64,000 nt of DNA, taken from Candidatus Coproplasma sp. GTDB taxonomy: Bacteria > Bacillota > Clostridia > Christensenellales > Borkfalkiaceae. Below the pieces are notes generated by a model, which had not been told where the DNA came from, searched no databases, and saw nothing but the letters and a program-made list of their open reading frames with translations. This document shows, in pieces, positions 34,221-43,415 of this stretch. The stretch lies in the NCBI GenBank assembly GCA_051884155.1, contig JBJEVB010000008.1, forward strand, positions 5,745 to 69,744, read 5' to 3'. The position numbers and the translations under genes were made by a program. Every line of letters begins with the position of its first letter. The first letter of the stretch is position 1.

Positions 34221-35589
34221 ACCGACTAAAGCGACCACCATATTCACCTGTTCAGAGTGCGGCGCAACAAGCCCACGTTGGCTTGGCAGGTGCCCTTCCT
34301 GCGGACAATTCAATACTATGGCGGAAGAGATAGTTAAGCCTGCCGTAAAGGCTGAAACAGCGGCTAAGAGCATATATTCCTATCAGGCAAAGCCGCTTAA
34401 AGAGATATCCTACGAACGGTACGAGAGAGTAAGCTCGGGTGTTTCGGAATTCGACACGGTGTTAGGCGGCGGAATAGTTCCCGGCTCCTTAGTGCTTTTG
34501 GGCGGCGACCCGGGAATCGGCAAGTCCACCCTATTAACGCAGATTGCGGCATACCTTTCAAAGGCGCACAAGGTACTGTACTTTTCGGCTGAAGAGAGCT
34601 GTTCTCAGGTGAAGATGCGCTGCGACAGGTTGGACGTCGGAGGCGAAAATATGCTGCTTGTAAACGCAACCTGTATAGACGGACTTGAAGAGCAGCTAAA
34701 AGGCGTTGAGTTCTGCGTGATTGACTCTATTCAAGCGGTATACACGGACGAGATGTCGTCTTCGTCGGGCTCGGTCGGTCAGGTGCGCGAGTGCGCAACC
34801 AAGCTTATGAGAATTGCTAAATCGCAGAATATCACCTTCTTCATCATCGGTCACGTTACCAAAGAAGGCGCTTTGGCAGGGCCAAAGGTATTAGAGCACG
34901 TTATGGACACCGTGCTGTACTTCGAAGGTGAAAACCAGGAAAACTACCGCATCTTAAGGGCGGTTAAAAATAGGTTTGGCAACGTTTCGGAAGTGGGCGT
35001 GTTTGAAATGACGGGCGAAGGCATTATCCCCGTCACCGACTATTCGGGCATATTCCTTTCCGAAAGCAGGGGCGAAGAAGCCGGCTGCGCCGTTACCCCT
35101 GCACAGACGGGCAATCGCTGTATGAACGTTGAAATTCAAACGCTTATAAACCGCACGGCGTTCGGTCAGCCGAGAAGAATGTCGCTCGGCGTGGACTACA
35201 ATAAACTCGCCCTGCTTTTGGCGGTGCTTGAAAAGAGATGCAACCTGCACTACTCGTCTCAGGACGTGTATATAAACGTTATGGGCGGAATTAAGCTTAA
35301 CGAACCTGCAACCGATTTGGCGCTGTGTGCGGCACTTGCTTCCGCCTATTTTGAAAGGCCGATTGACAAGTACACTGCGGTATTCGGAGAAGTGGGTTTA
35401 ACGGGCGAAGTCCGCGCCGTGCAATACGCGGAAAAACGCGTTTCGGAATGCGTTAAAATGGGCTTTAAGCGAGTATTATTACCTGCTAAAAATATGAAGT
35501 CCGTTGCAAAGTATGCGGACAAGATAAGCATTGTTCCCGTGTTATATTTAGGCACGATGTTAAAATCGCTGTTCCCCAAAGAACAGTAA
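34213..35589 (+). CDS. radA: DNA repair protein RadA/Sms
   Basis: Zn ribbon CSECGATSPRWLGRCPSCG, Walker A GGDPGIGKST, KNRFG motif, Lon-like C-terminus. Confidence 0.95.
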   Translation: MAKPTKATTIFTCSECGATSPRWLGRCPSCGQFNTMAEEIVKPAVKAETAAKSIYSYQAKPLKEISYERYERVSSGVSEFDTVLGGGIVPGSLVLLGGDPGIGKSTLLTQIAAYLSKAHKVLYFSAEESCSQVKMRCDRLDVGGENMLLVNATCIDGLEEQLKGVEFCVIDSIQAVYTDEMSSSSGSVGQVRECATKLMRIAKSQNITFFIIGHVTKEGALAGPKVLEHVMDTVLYFEGENQENYRILRAVKNRFGNVSEVGVFEMTGEGIIPVTDYSGIFLSESRGEEAGCAVTPAQTGNRCMNVEIQTLINRTAFGQPRRMSLGVDYNKLALLLAVLEKRCNLHYSSQDVYINVMGGIKLNEPATDLALCAALASAYFERPIDKYTAVFGEVGLTGEVRAVQYAEKRVSECVKMGFKRVLLPAKNMKSVAKYADKISIVPVLYLGTMLKSLFPKEQ

Positions 35590-35629
35590 GCAAACTTAAC
35601 TATTTCTACTATATAGTAGGGGGTATATT

Positions 35630-36241
35630 ATGATTATTACTATTTCAAGACAATTCGGAAGCGGCGGCAGAGAAGTCGGAAAAAGGTTATCTGACGAGCT
35701 TGGCTACGCCTACTACGACAAAGAGCTCGTATCCGAAATTTCTAAAAATACGGCGTTGAACGAAGAATACGTCAATTCCGTTTTGGAAAACGGCGGCTAT
35801 TCTAACTATGCGTTCAGCTTTGCGCACACTATGCCGCTTGTGTCGCCCGTACCCGACTGCGCGACCGAAGTGCTTGTAAGTCAGCAAAAGGTCATTAAGG
35901 CGATAGGCGAGAAGGGAAACTGCGTTATAGTCGGACGTTGCGCGGACATAATTTTACACGACCTTAAGCCCGTTAAAATCTTCGTCTATGCGGACGACGA
36001 TTCCAAGATTAAGCGTTGTAAAGAACGCGCCGCCGAAGGCGAAGACGTTTCCGATAAGCGCATCCTAAAGAACGCAAGGGCTATAGATAAGAGCAGAGCA
36101 AGGCTTTGCGACCTGCTCTCTTCCCACCCTTGGGGCAATAAGGAATCCTACGATATAATGCTTAACACGTCAAGCGTTGATATCAAGAGCATTATTCCTG
36201 CCCTTGCCGAAATGTGCAAAGCTATCGGTGAGAGAAAATAA
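35630..36241 (+). CDS. Cytidylate kinase-like family protein
   Basis: MIITISRQFGSGGREVGKRLSDELGY is the typical N-terminus of this family. Confidence 0.7.
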   Translation: MIITISRQFGSGGREVGKRLSDELGYAYYDKELVSEISKNTALNEEYVNSVLENGGYSNYAFSFAHTMPLVSPVPDCATEVLVSQQKVIKAIGEKGNCVIVGRCADIILHDLKPVKIFVYADDDSKIKRCKERAAEGEDVSDKRILKNARAIDKSRARLCDLLSSHPWGNKESYDIMLNTSSVDIKSIIPALAEMCKAIGERK

Positions 36242-36345
36242 CGCCCTATAGAAGTTCGCGCACTTCATTTGAAAACTTAAGCTGCTCATAACTTAGGCTA
36301 CTCATAAAACGTTACCTTGCCGCATTCAGCTACGGCACCATTTTT

Positions 36346-37725
36346 ATGCAGAAACAGATTACAGACAAACAACCAAACAATTTACCCATAGACGAAACTT
36401 CGCAATTTGCACGCTCGTTCACGTTTAAGCGCCTTATAAAATTCGTACTGCCGTCGGTTATTATGATGGTATTCACGTCAATTTACGGCGTCGTGGACGG
36501 CATTTTCGTATCCAACTTTGCAGGCGAGACGGCGTTTGCCGCCGTCAATTTAATTATGCCCGTGCTTATGGCGTTTGCCACGCTCGGCTTTATGATAGGC
36601 GCGGGCGGCGCTGCGCTCGTTTCAAAAATTTTAGGTCAAGGCGACAAAAGAAAAGCTAACGGATTATTTTCCTTTTTAATTGCCGTGACTTTTACGCTCG
36701 GCTTAATCGCGACCGCAATCGGCGAAATCTTTATGCCCGATTTAGCAAGGCTTTTAAAAGCCGAAGGCGAGATGCTTGACAACTGCGTTTTGTACGGCAG
36801 AATTAACATGGCAGGGATAACCCTGTTTATGCTGCAAAACGTGTTCCAAAGCTTTTTCCCCGTTGCCGAAAAGCCAAAGTTAGGTCTTGCTTTCATCGTA
36901 TCCGCAGGCGTGACCAACGCCGTATTGGACGCGGTGTTTTTGGCAGGGTTTAAATGGGGCATAGTCGGCGCGGCGGCGGCAACCGTGACGGGTCAGGCGG
37001 TAGGCGGTTTAGCACCCATACTGTACTTTACCATAAACCGCAAGGGCGTCTTGCGCTTAGGCAAGCCCACGTTCGATTTTAAAGCTTTGGCTAAGACGTG
37101 CGCAAACGGCTCTTCCGAGCTTATGACTAATTTGTCGCTCTCGCTCGTCAACATTTTATATAACTACCAGCTTATGCGCCTTATCGGCGAAAGCGGCGTA
37201 TCGGCATACGGCGTTTTAATGTACGTCAACTTTATTTTCGTCTCCGTCTTTTTGGGCTATTCGGTGGGCGTAAGCCCGATAATAGGCTTTAACTTCGGGG
37301 CAGAAAACAGGGCAGAGCTTAAAAACGTATTTAAAAAGAGCCTTATAATTATTGCAGTGACGTCCGCCTGTATGTTCGCAATTGCAATGGCGCTTTCATA
37401 CCCCTTACCCTACGTCTTCGTAGGGTATAACGAAGAGTTATTTGCTCTAACTAAAAGGGGCTTTATGATTTGCTCTTCAATGTTTTTGGTGGTGGGCTTT
37501 AACATATTCGGCTCGGCATTCTTCACCGCCTTGAACAACGGGTTGCTCTCTGCAATTCTTTCCTTTATGCGCACCCTTTTACTGCAGATTGTCTGCGTAA
37601 TCGTCTTACCCTTAATTTGGGGCGTAGACGGCATTTGGGCGGCAAACGTGTTTGCAGAGCTTTTTGCAATTATTCTTACCACCACCTTTATTCTCTGTTT
37701 TAAAAAGAAATACGGTTATTTATAA
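36346..37725 (+). CDS. MATE family efflux transporter
   Basis: 459 aa, 12 TM spans, MATE-like N-terminal helix pattern. Confidence 0.8.
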   Translation: MQKQITDKQPNNLPIDETSQFARSFTFKRLIKFVLPSVIMMVFTSIYGVVDGIFVSNFAGETAFAAVNLIMPVLMAFATLGFMIGAGGAALVSKILGQGDKRKANGLFSFLIAVTFTLGLIATAIGEIFMPDLARLLKAEGEMLDNCVLYGRINMAGITLFMLQNVFQSFFPVAEKPKLGLAFIVSAGVTNAVLDAVFLAGFKWGIVGAAAATVTGQAVGGLAPILYFTINRKGVLRLGKPTFDFKALAKTCANGSSELMTNLSLSLVNILYNYQLMRLIGESGVSAYGVLMYVNFIFVSVFLGYSVGVSPIIGFNFGAENRAELKNVFKKSLIIIAVTSACMFAIAMALSYPLPYVFVGYNEELFALTKRGFMICSSMFLVVGFNIFGSAFFTALNNGLLSAILSFMRTLLLQIVCVIVLPLIWGVDGIWAANVFAELFAIILTTTFILCFKKKYGYL

Positions 37726-37879
37726 TTAACTATTAAAATCAATAAGATAAACGTTTTTTTGCCGCCGTGCGTTAGATTTAGCGCACGGCGGCTTCCATAT
37801 GCTAAGGTTACAAAAAATACCAACTGCGCAAGGGTATATCCGCCCCGTTTTGGCACAAGATAACGTTACGGAGGGCACT

Positions 37880-38476
37880 ATGGAATTTGACGAAACTAAA
37901 ACTTATTTGAACTTAGCCCGTGCATTTGCGGGTGAAAGTCAGGCGGGTATGCGCTATCAACTTATTGCAAGGGAAGCTACGGCACAGGGATTTATTGCGC
38001 TTGCCGACGAGATTAAGACGCTTGCCAAAAACGAAACCGTCCATGCAAGGAGGTTTTTTGAAGAGTTGACCAAAAGAGGCAAAAAGCTGGATAATATCGA
38101 AATCGACGCAGGCTACCCCTATCATACAGGGGAACTGACCGAGATGCTTAAGCTTGCCGCAATAGACGAGAAAAACGAACACGAACGCATTTACCCTGCT
38201 TTTGCAAAGGACGCCGCTTGCGAAGGCTTTGACGACGTTGCCGCGTTATTTAATATGATTGCCAACGTTGAAAAGCATCACGAGCAGATTTTTAACTACC
38301 TTTACGAAGCTATGGAAAGCGGTAATCTGTATAAAAACGAAGTACCCATTCTTTACGTCTGCAAGGAATGTGGATTTATGCAAACCACGACTGAAGCGTG
38401 GACGGTTTGCCCTTTGTGTAAAGAAAGTCAAGGTTTCGTCACGTTAAATGTGCCCTACGGGAAGGAGAAATCATGA
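37880..38476 (+). CDS. rbr: Rubrerythrin
   Basis: Ferritin-like ESQAGMRYQ...E..H repeats plus a C-terminal CKECG...CPLC rubredoxin-like site. ATG 37880 has a GGAGG RBS. Confidence 0.9.
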   Translation: MEFDETKTYLNLARAFAGESQAGMRYQLIAREATAQGFIALADEIKTLAKNETVHARRFFEELTKRGKKLDNIEIDAGYPYHTGELTEMLKLAAIDEKNEHERIYPAFAKDAACEGFDDVAALFNMIANVEKHHEQIFNYLYEAMESGNLYKNEVPILYVCKECGFMQTTTEAWTVCPLCKESQGFVTLNVPYGKEKS

Positions 38477-38565
38477 AGAAAGCTAACAATCAGGAAAACA
38501 AGCAGACTAAAAACTGCGGTACAAAGAACTGCGGCTCTTCCAAAAGCACTAAAAACTGTAAATAA
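38473..38565 (+). CDS. 30-codon Lys/Asn/Cys-rich small ORF, possibly the 5' part of a frame-split gene
   Basis: GAAGGAG RBS; its ATG overlaps the rubrerythrin stop (ATGA). Product is MKKANNQENKQTKNCGTKNCGSSKSTKNCK. Confidence 0.4.
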   Translation: MKKANNQENKQTKNCGTKNCGSSKSTKNCK

Positions 38566-38682
38566 CTTTTACAGCTTAGACGACCCGTTCGGCAGTTATA
38601 CGGGCATTTGCGCCGACTCGCGTGAAAAGCCCGTTCAGGATGCAGACGACCTTTAACTTTTCTGCCTGCGGTAAATTAATAG

Positions 38683-38716
38683 GAACGCCCCTTGCAAGCT
38701 TTTGCAGGGGGCGTTC
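38683..38716. terminator. Terminator-like hairpin between convergent genes
   Basis: 15-bp stem GAACGCCCCTTGCAA/TTGCAGGGGGCGTTC with 1 mismatch. No clean U-tract. Confidence 0.5.
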
Positions 38717-38756
38717 TCGTATTACCTTTACATCTTTTAACCTATATTTTGCGCAT

Positions 38757-39680
38757 TTATAATATGCGCTGAGCCTGTATATAGTAACCCCAACGCTTAG
38801 TCGAAATCTGCTCTATTCGGGCGTAGTCTGAAGACGTGTGCAGAATGTAGTTGTCGCCGAGATATAGAGCAACGTGTCCAACTCTTTCAATCCCCACGTT
38901 GTTTTTACGGGCGTCGTTGGTAAAGAACAGCAAATCTCCCCTGCGGATTTCCGATTTTTTAACCGTAGTCCCTTGATAAATCTGCGTTCGTGTGTTGAGC
39001 TTTAAGTTTACGTCAGCGCCCAACTTAAAGATATATTGCATTAGCGAAGAGCAGTCGAATTGATTTTTATTAAAGCTTGAAATGCGCTTGCCGTTTTCGT
39101 CTAAATATCTCGTTGCGCCGTAGACGTAGGGCACGCCCAAGCACTTTGCGCCTTCTGAAATGACCGCTTCCACCTTTTTATTTTCGCTTGCGTCCATATA
39201 GGTTAGCGTGCAATAGTTTGCGGAAATATATGCCGTTTTATGCTTATAAGAAGTCTTTATCCAACTGCCGCTACGCCCTTCGTATATGTATACTGAATTC
39301 TTTTCGGCAACGCCTAACACCGAATAGTTCGTGCCTGCGCCGCTGCGAATATTTACGCTATCTGCATTGATTTTGATATATTCTGCCTTAGCCGGCTTTG
39401 GCGTCTCGACGGGGGTCTCAACTTGCGCAGGGGGGTTGACTTCTTCTGCGGGCGGTGCCGAGTTGGGCGGCGTAGTCCCGTCCGCTTCAGGCGTTTCGCC
39501 TTGAGTGGGCGGATTTTCTTCCGCGTCGGGCGAGCTTGCGGGCGGCAGTTCTTCCACTATTCCGCTTTCAGGGGTCTGCGCTCCGTTGTCTTTGGGCGCA
39601 CTGCACCCGAACGCGGCTACGCACGAAGTCATAGTAATAAACGCCGCGTAAACTAAAATGATTTTCCTTTTCATTCTCAT
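38757..39680 (-). CDS. NlpC/P60 cell-wall hydrolase lipoprotein with SH3b domain
   Basis: Lipobox AAFGC, Pro-rich linker, SH3b-like segment, catalytic FDCSSLMQYIF and GHVALYLG. Confidence 0.85.
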   Translation of the reverse strand: MRMKRKIILVYAAFITMTSCVAAFGCSAPKDNGAQTPESGIVEELPPASSPDAEENPPTQGETPEADGTTPPNSAPPAEEVNPPAQVETPVETPKPAKAEYIKINADSVNIRSGAGTNYSVLGVAEKNSVYIYEGRSGSWIKTSYKHKTAYISANYCTLTYMDASENKKVEAVISEGAKCLGVPYVYGATRYLDENGKRISSFNKNQFDCSSLMQYIFKLGADVNLKLNTRTQIYQGTTVKKSEIRRGDLLFFTNDARKNNVGIERVGHVALYLGDNYILHTSSDYARIEQISTKRWGYYIQAQRIL

Positions 39681-39780
39681 TTTCTCCTTTTGGTATTTTC
39701 CCCATTATAACCCAAAGTTGGTTGGCTGTTCAATGCAAAAAATTTTCCAAAAAAAGAAGTTTAAGGCAATCAAGTTAATT

Positions 39781-39868
39781 ATTAGAACAATCAAACTCTT
39801 TCGTCGCATCGCTGCTACGCTTGCGCCGCCTTCCCTATTCCTTAGGGAAGGCAAGACTAAGGTTAATA
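39781..39868. repeat. Copy B of the ~90-nt repeated intergenic element
   Basis: Same three conserved blocks as 23041-23135. The stem differs by a compensatory T-A to C-G change. Confidence 0.6.
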
Positions 39869-40700
39869 TTAAATACTAAGCTTTGAGAAGGTTTCGCCGA
39901 TAGGGGCGTTAATCAAAAGCTGCGCACCGCTATCTGCCGAAGTCGCACTCTTGTTTATAACAACCAAATGCTTGCCGTTAAAATAGTTTACAAGTCCTGC
40001 GGCAGGATAGACGATTAACGACGTGCCGCCTATAATCAGCGTATCTGCCCTTGAAATGGCGTTTAGCGCACCGCTTACGACGCTGTCGTCAAGCGACTCG
40101 CCGTATAGAACCACGTCGGGCTTGATTACGCAATCGAGCTTACCCACGCTTTCCGCACGGGCTAAAAACAGGTGCGCGGCGTTGGGCTTTGCGTCTTGAA
40201 AAATCATCTTGTCGCGATAAAAGCGGTAAAATTCTTTGGTGTTTGCGTAGAAGAAATCGTGAGAAATAATCTCTTCGGGCGGATAGGCGTACTTTTGATT
40301 ATACAGCCCGTCCGCAGAGCGAAAGTCGGGTATACCGCTTTCGGTTGACACCCCTGCGCCGCCAAAATTACCATAGGCGTAACAATCCCCATCACTAATC
40401 TCTTGAATGAAGCTTTTTGCCCCTGTCTGCGTTGAGCGGTCTTGATGTACGTCTTTGTACATCTGCACCCACTCGCCTTGACAGATGCCTAAGAATCTTC
40501 TATTCAAGACGCTTGCGGTTTTAAGCTGAAAAATTCAAAGAGAAAGTTGTGGAAGTCCTTGTAGCTGTACACGGACGTACTGCAAAAGGACTTACGCAAG
40601 TTTATCAAAGAATTTTGCGCTTAAAACAATTAGGGGTAGGAATTGTTACGCCTACTTTACTGTCGTCTAAAATACTTTGTAAACGCTCTATTTCGTCCAT
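39869..40700 (-). pseudogene. cobB: Decayed NAD-dependent deacylase (Sir2/CobB family)
   Basis: GGAGVSTESGIPDFRS and IKPDVVLYGE...GGTSLIVYPAAGL are present. The QNIDxLH / catalytic-His / Zn-Cys segment is absent. The N-terminus MDEIERLQSILDDSK (from 40700) is separated from the body by a ~280-bp insert. Confidence 0.6.
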
Positions 40701-40790
40701 TTTATCACCTTTTATTACCTTATACAAAAGCCGCCGTGATAAACGGCGGCTTAGTTCTTACCTTACGTGGTTTTTAAGCGGAATTAAAAA

Positions 40791-40988
40791 TTATTCCACG
40801 CCTTCGTTGAGCTTTGCTAAAAGCTTGTCCAAATCGTTGCCGTGAACGAATACCGCTTCTTCAATCGTTTCGCCATGAGCCATTGCACAGCCTATGCAGT
40901 GCATACCTACCGCCTGAAGTATTTCCGCGCTGTTGGGGTTGATTTTAAGACAATCTGCAATTAAGGTGTCCTTAGTTATTTTTGCCAT
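40791..40988 (-). CDS. DUF1858-type small redox-disulfide domain protein
   Basis: 65 aa. The MHCIGCAMAHGETIEEA motif is typical of the hybrid-cluster-associated domain. Confidence 0.65.
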   Translation of the reverse strand: MAKITKDTLIADCLKINPNSAEILQAVGMHCIGCAMAHGETIEEAVFVHGNDLDKLLAKLNEGVE

Positions 40989-41054
40989 TTTATATATCTC
41001 CTATATCGTTAGTTTGCCCTTTCGGGATAAATTTATTTAGACTTATTTAAAAAC

Positions 41055-42344
41055 TTATTCAGCCTTTTCCGACTTCTCTTCTTCCTGCTCTTGCTCGGAA
41101 AGCTTAACGACCTTAAGCTCGTTAATTCTCCTAAACTCGGTTAAAGATACGGTTATTCTTAAGTTTGCATACGTCAGCTCGTCGCCCATAGAAGGCACTT
41201 TGCCGAGCATTTCAATGACCCAACCGCCGACGGTCGCGCTTTCGCAGTCGACGTCTTTAATATCGAAGTATTCGCAGAAGTCGTTTAAAGAAGTCGAGCC
41301 GAGAACCTTAAATTCGGTTTCGCTTACTTCGGTTATGTCGGATTCAACTTCGTCGTGCTCGTCCCAGATTTCGCCGACAAGCTCTTCCAAAATGTCTTCC
41401 ATCGTAATAATGCCAACCGTCTCGCCGAACTCGCCCGAAACGACTGCCATATGCGACTTTTTCTTTTGAAGCTGTTGCAGTACGGCGCTGATTTTCGTGG
41501 TTGATACAACGAAGATTGCAGGCTTTGCCGCCTTTTCAAGCGAAAAACCGGGGTCCATACGCTGTTTAATGAAGTCCTTCTCGTGCAGGATACCTATAAT
41601 GTTATCAATGCTGTCCTTGTACACGGGCAGACGGGAATAACGGGTATCGAAGAAGATTTTGTCAATCTCGTCGAAGGGCGCGTTGCAATCTACCGCGACT
41701 ACGTCTACTCGGGGGATAAGGATATCCTTTGCCTCCAAATCGTTAAACTCGATTGCGCTTTTAATTAAAGTACTCTCCTGAGCGTTTATGCCGCCTTCCT
41801 GCTCGGCTTCGTCTACCATAATCATAAGCTCGTCGTCGGTGATTGCCGTATCTTCCTTGTGCTTAAAGATTTTGGTGAGCATCTTTTTCCACAGCCAGAA
41901 AAAGGCGTTTAGCGGCGTAAGCACGTACGCGAGCACATTGATAATAGGCGCAGACATTCTTGCGAACCCTTCGGGGTGTTCTTTAGCAAGGGTTTTTGGC
42001 GTGACTTCGCCGAAGATTAAAATGATTATCGTCAACACTAAAGTTGAAAGAACGGTTGCAAGGCTTTCGTTATTCTTCACCCATTCGACGAAGAGCAAGG
42101 TTGCAAGCGACGACGCCAGAATATTTACTATATTGTTGCCTATTAAAATGGTCGAGAGCAGTCTGTCGTAGTTGTCGGCAAGCTTAAGTACGCGCTTTGC
42201 GCCCTTATCGCCGTCGTCCGCCTTTGCCCTTAACCTTATTTTGTTTATTGCGGTAAACGCCGTTTCGGTCGCCGAAAAATAGCCCGAAAGCAAGACGCAC
42301 ACCGCTACTATTATTACTAAAATTATTTGTGTCGTTGTATCCAT
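41055..42344 (-). CDS. CNNM/CorC-type transporter (DUF21-CBS-CorC_HlyC)
   Basis: N-terminal 4-TM DUF21, a tandem CBS pair, and a C-terminal CorC domain. Confidence 0.9.
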   Translation of the reverse strand: MDTTTQIILVIIVAVCVLLSGYFSATETAFTAINKIRLRAKADDGDKGAKRVLKLADNYDRLLSTILIGNNIVNILASSLATLLFVEWVKNNESLATVLSTLVLTIIILIFGEVTPKTLAKEHPEGFARMSAPIINVLAYVLTPLNAFFWLWKKMLTKIFKHKEDTAITDDELMIMVDEAEQEGGINAQESTLIKSAIEFNDLEAKDILIPRVDVVAVDCNAPFDEIDKIFFDTRYSRLPVYKDSIDNIIGILHEKDFIKQRMDPGFSLEKAAKPAIFVVSTTKISAVLQQLQKKKSHMAVVSGEFGETVGIITMEDILEELVGEIWDEHDEVESDITEVSETEFKVLGSTSLNDFCEYFDIKDVDCESATVGGWVIEMLGKVPSMGDELTYANLRITVSLTEFRRINELKVVKLSEQEQEEEKSEKAE

Positions 42345-42553
42345 AAATCCTCCAAAACGTTATAAAGAAATCTCGACTAATCCCTACAACGTAAGAAGAA
42401 TTCTTTTTAACTCAAAATGCGCCCTCGACGTCATTCGGGGCGTATCTAAAAAAAGTTTAAAGCGACATGCTCGTCGCTTAGATGGGTCGTCCATAATCTC
42501 CTCTTAAAAAATTACTGCGGAATTGTATATTATTTGTTTGACCGCTTTTTTAT

Positions 42554-42582
42554 ATTATAACACAACGTTTGCCGTTATGCAA
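42554..42582 (-). promoter_or_regulatory. Promoter for the CNNM/CorC gene
   Basis: TTGCAT-17 nt-TATAAT on the - strand, implying a ~200-nt leader. Confidence 0.6.
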
Positions 42583-42603
42583 TCATTTATAGCAATAATT
42601 TTG

Positions 42604-42619
42604 CGCCCTGCACTTACGC
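42604..42619 (+). repeat. Left copy of the 16-bp direct repeat CGCCCTGCACTTACGC
   Basis: Identical to 55911-55926. Confidence 0.8.
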
Positions 42620-42635
42620 TGTAAAGTTTTACAAT

Positions 42636-42676
42636 GGTATAGAACAGTAAAGGAACTGCTCTATACCGTTTTTTTA
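42636..42676 (+). terminator. Intrinsic-terminator-like hairpin just inside the left end
   Basis: GGTATAGAACAG-8 nt-CTGCTCTATACC (1 mismatch) followed by GT7. Confidence 0.55.
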
Positions 42677-42791
42677 TTGTTCTAATACGGGCGGCGGCAT
42701 TACGCAAAGGACAGAAACGGAGCTGTGCTATCGGCTTATCGGGCAAATACATTTATTTAACTAAGTATAAATAACAAAGGAATTTGAAAAT

Positions 42792-43415
42792 ATGAACGGA
42801 ACGGATATGTATATTGAAACGGTCAAATACCTTGCCAAACTTTACGACTATTGCAACGAGAAGTTTTTTAACGGTGAGTTGCAAAGACCTGTAATAACCA
42901 TACAGCGTGACGAGCGCAACAAAACTAACGGTTGGTTCTCACTCCAAAAGGTTTGGAAGTGCAAATCTTCGCAAGAAGAAGATTACGAGCTGAATATTAC
43001 AGCTCAACAGCTTAACCGCCCTATCAGTGCAATAGCGGCAACTATGATACACGAAATGGTACATCAGTTCGCTAAGGTCAACAATATGCAAGATACTTCC
43101 CGTTCGGGTTCGTATCACAACAAATTGTTTAAGCGTCTTGCCGAAAATCACGGGCTTAACGTTGAGTGTATGCCTACTATCGGTTGGTCACATACAACGC
43201 TTACCCCCTCTTCCGAAAAGCTTATCGCAGAGTTTGTTAAGGACAACCCCGATAACATAATTTATCGTTTACCCGTATTCAAGGGGCAAAGCGTTAAATC
43301 TACGAGTACACGCAAATATGAGTGTCCTTGCTGCGGTAACAGCGTGAGAGCTACAAAGCAACTCAATATTATTTGCGGTGACTGTAACGAGCCTATGCTC
43401 GAAGATAAAGATTAA
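42792..43415 (+). CDS. SprT-like zinc metalloprotease with C-terminal Zn ribbon
   Basis: HExxH motif in MIHEMVHQF, plus CPCCG...CGDC. Confidence 0.75.
   Translation: MNGTDMYIETVKYLAKLYDYCNEKFFNGELQRPVITIQRDERNKTNGWFSLQKVWKCKSSQEEDYELNITAQQLNRPISAIAATMIHEMVHQFAKVNNMQDTSRSGSYHNKLFKRLAENHGLNVECMPTIGWSHTTLTPSSEKLIAEFVKDNPDNIIYRLPVFKGQSVKSTSTRKYECPCCGNSVRATKQLNIICGDCNEPMLEDKD

Noticed and set aside
39658-39879. 73-aa + strand ORF across repeat copy B. The two repeat copies differ in length by exactly 3 nt, which could hint at coding.
   Set aside because: Copy A has no equivalent complete ORF or start codon. The conserved parts are a hairpin with a compensatory change plus flanking boxes, which fits an RNA or DNA structural element better.
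40374-40654. The 13-bp inverted repeats might mark an invertible switch controlling cobB.
   Set aside because: Mentally inverting the segment gives ..DDSKVGVTIPITNLLNEAFCPCLR-stop, not a Sir2 sequence. The gene also lacks its catalytic core regardless, so an on/off switch makes little sense.
42604-42619. XerCD/dif-type integration, as in many filamentous phages.
   Set aside because: The 16-mer has no dif-like dyad arms separated by a 6-8-nt spacer. It lies in a promoter-proximal spacer, not a plausible terminus site. This cannot be fully excluded without knowing the host dif sequence.
42555-42752. 65-aa - strand ORF at the left island boundary.
   Set aside because: It spans the CorC promoter, the 16-bp repeat and a terminator hairpin. 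It has no RBS and its composition is implausible.
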